Below are positions 59,315-64,000 of a DNA stretch of 64,000 bases, piece by piece; within the stretch, counting starts at the first letter, position 1, and the number at the start of each line of letters is the position of its first letter. The stretch spans positions 1,952,001 to 2,016,000 of the forward strand of contig OZ242372.1 of NCBI GenBank assembly GCA_965209035.1, in the 5' to 3' direction. The translations under genes and the position numbers were made by a program. The notes below the pieces were generated by a model. That model saw only the letters and a program-made list of their open reading frames with translations. It made no database searches and had not been told where the DNA came from. This DNA is from Gammaproteobacteria bacterium. GTDB taxonomy: Bacteria > Pseudomonadota > Gammaproteobacteria > CBDBNL01 > JAAOII01.

Positions 59315-59830
59315 TTAGTTAATTTTTCTTGACTTTGGAGGGTCGGTTTTCAGATCGTTCGATGTTAAATCTTTGGGAGATTTTTTTTGGCGAAAAAGAG
59401 CTTCAAAATTGACCTGGGCAAGCATGATCGGCGGCATGCTCGCTTTTACCATGAGGTTATCAATGGCTTCCCGGGCATAGGGAAAAAGAGCGGTGGGGAA
59501 GGTGACATTCCGCACAAAATCTTTTTCCTCGGCAGTTAGGTTTTGCATTTGAAATATACCCGCCTGAACGATTTCCGCGCCGAAAACAGTTTTGTTCTCT
59601 ATTTTGGCGTTGATCGTTATTTGCAATCGGCTTTCTTCCAGGTCGTTCTTTAGTGGTTGAAATTGATGACTGATATTCAGATCCAGTTTTGGTTTCCAAG
59701 TCATACCAAATATTTCCGGTGCACGCGGTGATTCAAAAGAAATATCTTTGATGTAAATTCTTTGCAGATGTACGGTTTTGCCACCCGCGCTTTTTCTGCC
59801 GGCGGTGAACTCTTTTTCGGTTTTTGTCAT
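59315..59830 (-). CDS. secB: Protein-export chaperone SecB
   Basis: QRIYIKDISFESP, QAGIF, LFPYARE, VNFEALF. Confidence 0.95.
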   Translation of the reverse strand: MTKTEKEFTAGRKSAGGKTVHLQRIYIKDISFESPRAPEIFGMTWKPKLDLNISHQFQPLKNDLEESRLQITINAKIENKTVFGAEIVQAGIFQMQNLTAEEKDFVRNVTFPTALFPYAREAIDNLMVKASMPPIMLAQVNFEALFRQKKSPKDLTSNDLKTDPPKSRKIN

Positions 59831-59874
59831 TCCAATTTGGGGCTTCTTTGACTATCCCAGATCTTTGCCTGTTT

Positions 59875-60285
59875 CTATTTTACCAAAGGTAAATTGGCTT
59901 GCTCCCATTCCAACAGGCCGCCGCCGAGTCGCTCCGCTTCGTAACCCTGTTTTTTTATGAGTATTTGTGCGGCGGCGGAGTTTCTGCCGTTGCCGCATAC
60001 AAGAACAGTCGGACGCTTTTTATGTTTTTTCAGCATGTCCGGCAGATCGCGAATGCGTTCGTAGGGCCAGTTGAGGGAGCTTGTGATGTGTCCAATGCGA
60101 TATTCTTTTTCGGGGCGCAGATCCACAACCAAAGCCGCATCCGTATTCATTTTTTTGATGAGGTCGGCCGTGGTGATGGCTTTCCCCGAACGACGTAACT
60201 CGTAAAATCCCCAAAGTGTGAGCATCGCAATAAAGGCGCCGACATTCAGCGGGTGATTCAAGATAAACTCAATAACTCTTTCCAT
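59875..60285 (-). CDS. Rhodanese-like protein (YibN-like)
   Basis: EFILNHP + TM helix, VDLR...GHI, LGGGLLEW, NLPLVK; upstream of secB. Confidence 0.88.
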   Translation of the reverse strand: MERVIEFILNHPLNVGAFIAMLTLWGFYELRRSGKAITTADLIKKMNTDAALVVDLRPEKEYRIGHITSSLNWPYERIRDLPDMLKKHKKRPTVLVCGNGRNSAAAQILIKKQGYEAERLGGGLLEWEQANLPLVK

Positions 60286-60350
60286 GCTTTTATTATAATC
60301 CGCGAAGGGCGGCAGCGGGATACTTTTTGCATAGATCCTCCCGCTCTGTA

Positions 60351-61421
60351 CTATTTTATATTTTTTTGTTTGAGTGCTTGGGCGTTTGTATGATCCCACC
60401 CATTTCTGGACTTTTGTTGTTTTTGCAAAAACTGGATTGGCGAGAGTTGTTTGAGAGCATAATGGGGACGTTCCAGATTATACCAAGCCAACCACTCGAT
60501 GAGTTTGGCGTTGAATGCCGGCATATCCTTAACCAAGAGATGCCGCATATGACAACCGAACTCTTCCCAGAGAGTGCGATTAAACCGTTCGCAGTGTGCA
60601 TTCATTTGCGGTTTCCTTGGATAGGTATACCAGTGGGTGCTGCCGTTTGCGGTCACGACCCGGTGAAAGTCTTTGGCGAACTCACTGCCATTATCGGTGA
60701 GGACTTTTTCGATCCGAGTGCCGAGTATGTTTTGCATGGCGGTAAAGAGCCGGGCGGAACTGGCCGAAGCAGCGGAGGTGTCGACACTGACCAGTGAGAA
60801 GCGGGAAAATAGGTCAATGCCGACATGCCAATAAAAGCGCCGGCCATCGACGATGCGGACGAGCGTATCAAAGGCAACACATTCACCTCTCCGGCCCGCA
60901 ACAAAGCGGGTGTCCTTGCGCTCGCGCGGAGCACCATGCCGCGGGCGTTTCGGCACGGACCGCGATGGTTTGCACCGCATCTTATCCGGGTCATCGGCAA
61001 TGATGCGAGAGATCGTTGATTGGCTGGGCAGCGGCAGCCCGCGCTGCTGACACCATTCGGGTAACAAGCAGACCAGTTTACCGGCACCGATGTTCGGACG
61101 CTGTTGTCGCCAAGATCGGATCTTGGTAATCAGTGCCGGTGGCCAGGTGTTGGACCGCTTGGGCTGATACCCATAGTTGTTCGCCAGTTCATCGACCCCG
61201 CCTTCACGGAAACGCCGCTGCCACTCGTAGAATGTAGCACGACTGATCCTGGTATGATCCAACGCGGCCGCGACACCATGTTTGCGCGCGAACGCCAAGG
61301 TGTCCAGTTTTATTTTGGTGGTTTTAGACATGTTTAAATATTGATTTGCTAAAACCACCATTTTATTGAAACCGCGCACGCGATAACCAATGTAGCGTAA
61401 ACGTGTCCCTCTCATTTCCAA
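60351..61421 (-). CDS. IS481-like transposase, copy 2
   Basis: Four amino-acid differences from copy 1 within the element, plus a different target-derived C-terminus. Confidence 0.93.
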   Translation of the reverse strand: MEMRGTRLRYIGYRVRGFNKMVVLANQYLNMSKTTKIKLDTLAFARKHGVAAALDHTRISRATFYEWQRRFREGGVDELANNYGYQPKRSNTWPPALITKIRSWRQQRPNIGAGKLVCLLPEWCQQRGLPLPSQSTISRIIADDPDKMRCKPSRSVPKRPRHGAPRERKDTRFVAGRRGECVAFDTLVRIVDGRRFYWHVGIDLFSRFSLVSVDTSAASASSARLFTAMQNILGTRIEKVLTDNGSEFAKDFHRVVTANGSTHWYTYPRKPQMNAHCERFNRTLWEEFGCHMRHLLVKDMPAFNAKLIEWLAWYNLERPHYALKQLSPIQFLQKQQKSRNGWDHTNAQALKQKNIK

Positions 61422-61685
61422 TGTGCAGTCCGGCTGCCCTCACAAACCGTACCGTCTCGCCAGCGGATACACCTAGACAGTTTTATCAACAACAAGCCTC
61501 CGCTGTCTGCGGCGGTGAGAGCAAAACAGCTATCCGTCCTTCTTGCCCGTTTCATTCATCTAGCTCCACATACCGAAGACCCGTTGCCGGATCTATTTTC
61601 GACCCGTCCGACAGAACCTCCGGCCGCTTGATCTGAGGACGCACAATGCCGAACTCAGAGTCCAGAACCTTTATGAGATCATGCA
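60387..61685 (-). mobile_element. IS481-family insertion sequence, copy 2 (1,299 bp)
   Basis: Same ends and length as copy 1; 5-bp TSD GCGTT (60382-60386, 61686-61690). Confidence 0.95.
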
Positions 61686-61824
61686 GCGTTTGGGTGTTTG
61701 GGCGTTTGATTCTGGCTTCCGCCGAGTGTCTTTATTACCGGGGTTGCCGGGGTTGTGGGAGTTGCCGGGGTGCGATGCTCTATACGGAATTTTCGCGATG
61801 GCGAGTTATGGTAGAATATGACAA

Positions 61825-62247
61825 ATGAACGAGACAAATTCTCAACAAGAGACGCAAGAGGCACAAAAGGCACAAAAGGCACAAAAGATTGTGCGGCAAA
61901 TTAAGCAACAGATTGCCGATAACCCGATTCTTTTATATATGAAGGGGACACCGCAATTTCCCCAGTGCGGTTTTTCCGCCCGGGCGATTCAAATATTGTC
62001 GGAGTGCGGTCAAAAATTTTCTTACTTGAATATTTTGGAGCATCCGAATATTCGTTCGGCATTGCCGGTTTATGCCAAATGGCCGACCTTCCCGCAGCTG
62101 TATGTTGACGGTGAATTGATCGGCGGCAGTGATATCATTGCCGAGATGCATAGCAAGGGCGAACTCAGACCCTTGTTGGAAAAAGTGAGTGCGAAGAAAC
62201 AAACCTCTGCCGATTCGCAGCATAAAAAAGAATCACCGGGTGCATGA
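61825..62247 (+). CDS. grxD: Monothiol glutaredoxin Grx4
   Basis: [26 protein letters not shown]. Confidence 0.95.
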   Translation: MNETNSQQETQEAQKAQKAQKIVRQIKQQIADNPILLYMKGTPQFPQCGFSARAIQILSECGQKFSYLNILEHPNIRSALPVYAKWPTFPQLYVDGELIGGSDIIAEMHSKGELRPLLEKVSAKKQTSADSQHKKESPGA

Positions 62248-62314
62248 ACCGGGGGAACCGGGGACTCAGGTGACCCGGGGTAGCCTTAATAGCCCTGGCT
62301 CGGCCCCGCACACA

Positions 62315-63517
62315 ATGCAAGATTTACCGGATAACAACGGCCACTTTGGCGAATTCGGCGGTCGTTATGTGGCGGAAACCTTGATGCCGTTGATTCGTCA
62401 AACGGAGTCTTCTTATCACCATTTTCGCAAGGATCCGCAGTTTTGCAAGGAACTCGCTTATTATTTGAAGCATTATGTCGGGCGTCCTTCGCCGCTCTTT
62501 TTTGCCGCAAACATCACCCGAGCCTGGCAAGGCGGTAAGGTTTATTTTAAACGCGAAGATCTCAATCATACCGGGGCCCACAAGATCAACAATTGCCTGG
62601 GACAGGTATTGTTGGCAAAGCGGATGGGGTGCAAGCGGATCATCGCGGAGACAGGCGCCGGGCAGCACGGAGTGGCGACGGCTACCGTCTGTGCGCTGCT
62701 GAACCTTCCTTGTATTGTTTATATGGGCGCGACGGATATTAAGCGTCAGATGCCCAATGTGCACCGAATGGAATTATTGGGTGCGGAGGTGCGGCAGGTG
62801 AACGAAGGTTCTTCTTCTTTGAAGGATGCGATGAATGCGGCCCTGCGCGATTGGACGGCAAATGTTATGGACACTTTTTATGTGATTGGCTCGGTTGCGG
62901 GGCCGCATCCTTACCCGTGCATGGTACGTGATTTTCAAACGATTATCGGCGAAGAACTTAAGGAGCAGATTTTGGAGGCGGAAGGACGACTGCCCGATCT
63001 CATCGTCGCGTGTGTGGGGGGTGGCTCAAATGCGATTGGTATTTTTTACCCGTTTCTCCGGGAGGAGAAGGTGCGGCTGGTGGGTGTGGAGGCGGCCGGC
63101 TTGGGATTGGCGAGCGGAGCACATGCCGCTGCAATTAGCGGGGGCGAAGCGGGAGTGCTGCACGGAAGTAAGAGTTACTACTTGCAAGACGAAGACGGTC
63201 AGATACTGGAGGCACACTCTATTTCGGCGGGGCTGGATTATCCGGGCATAGGACCGGAACACGCCCATCTGCATAGGACCGGCCGGGTGGAATATTTAAG
63301 CGCGACGGATGCGGAGGCCTTGCACTATTTTCGTTTTTGTACCCGAGAAGAAGGGATAATTCCCGCCTTGGAGCCGGCCCATGCGTTGGCACGGGCGGCC
63401 GAATTGATCGGCGAACTTGCGGAGGATCAAATTGCGGTGGTTAACATGTGCGGTCGCGGCGATAAGGATATGGGGATTCTCGCCGCGGAGACTTCAAAGG
63501 AGAGACATCCAAAATAG
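62315..63517 (+). CDS. trpB: Tryptophan synthase beta chain
   Basis: [44 protein letters not shown]. Confidence 0.97.
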   Translation: MQDLPDNNGHFGEFGGRYVAETLMPLIRQTESSYHHFRKDPQFCKELAYYLKHYVGRPSPLFFAANITRAWQGGKVYFKREDLNHTGAHKINNCLGQVLLAKRMGCKRIIAETGAGQHGVATATVCALLNLPCIVYMGATDIKRQMPNVHRMELLGAEVRQVNEGSSSLKDAMNAALRDWTANVMDTFYVIGSVAGPHPYPCMVRDFQTIIGEELKEQILEAEGRLPDLIVACVGGGSNAIGIFYPFLREEKVRLVGVEAAGLGLASGAHAAAISGGEAGVLHGSKSYYLQDEDGQILEAHSISAGLDYPGIGPEHAHLHRTGRVEYLSATDAEALHYFRFCTREEGIIPALEPAHALARAAELIGELAEDQIAVVNMCGRGDKDMGILAAETSKERHPK

Positions 63518-63538
63518 GATCCTCTGTTAGAGGATCCT
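63516..63538. terminator. Perfect hairpin between convergent genes
   Basis: AGGATCCTCT-GTT-AGAGGATCCT. Confidence 0.5.
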
Positions 63539-63567
63539 CCCAAAAAGCCACCGGATGCCCGGGGAAT

Positions 63568-64000
63568 CTAAAAAGTAAAGCCGACATAAAAACTAAAAAA
63601 GTCACTTTTGTAGCGATTATTGTGACTGTAAAAAACACCGATCGCCGGAACATTTACTTTCAGTAGGCGCACATAACTTGCAATCCCAACCGCCGCGTAG
63701 GTTAGTTCCGATGTCGGAATATGCGGTGTTTCCCACAAATGACCCGCGTCAACAAAAGGGCCTGCCGTCCAATAACCGTATCTGCCCGAGGTGATGGGCA
63801 TTTGATAATCCAATCCCAGGGTTGCGTATGCTTTTCCCCAGGCACCGTCCGAGGGGATGCCGCGCGAACCGATATCGTTGCCTACTCTTAGATGGTCGTC
63901 TATGTTGACATGACTGCGCGCCCCGGCACCCGCGCTGACTTGCAGAAAATGTTTTTTGTAAGTGGGGTGGGTGCTTGTTAACTCAAACAAAAGAGCACTT
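63568..64000 (-). CDS. Omp85/BamA-TamA-like beta-barrel, C-terminal part (5' end outside the window)
   Basis: SRG, FVDAG.LW, alternating aromatic C-terminus FYVGFTF. Confidence 0.65.
   Translation of the reverse strand, partial: SALLFELTSTHPTYKKHFLQVSAGAGARSHVNIDDHLRVGNDIGSRGIPSDGAWGKAYATLGLDYQMPITSGRYGYWTAGPFVDAGHLWETPHIPTSELTYAAVGIASYVRLLKVNVPAIGVFYSHNNRYKSDFFSFYVGFTF

Overview
Bacterial chromosomal window, probably from a gammaproteobacterium (inferred from the housekeeping genes). The first ~12 kb are an AT-rich type V-A CRISPR-Cas locus: 5'-truncated cas12a, cas4, cas1, cas2, and an array of about 90 repeats (hand count) with the 36-nt repeat GTCAAGGGGGGCAATAAAATTTCTACTGTTGTAGAT. A 1,299-bp IS481-like element sits inside one repeat with a 5-bp target duplication, and a second near-identical copy is at 60.4-61.7 kb. 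The trailer has a two-spacer patch that appears recombined in from an array with a different repeat, followed by a decayed end of the same IS. Downstream are the most interesting candidates: a solitary repeat with an intact Cas12a handle and only an ~11-nt spacer, and a -10/SD/3-codon mini-ORF/hairpin unit. Together they resemble a CRISPR-regulated RNA module (CreR/CreTA-like), but this is inference. The rest of the window holds housekeeping genes (folP, aroB, mlaA, glmM, mgtE, hemL, rpsA, cmk, tyrA-aroA, pheA, amgK, accA, miaA, secB, grxD, trpB), an Hpy188I-like R-M system with a duplicated endonuclease, an orphan Dam-like methylase, alpha-glucoside and Mn/Zn ABC operons, two tRNAs, and tandem TSP3/GLUG lipoproteins. 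Short tandem duplications and solo IS-end scars are frequent throughout. All comparisons were made by eye.
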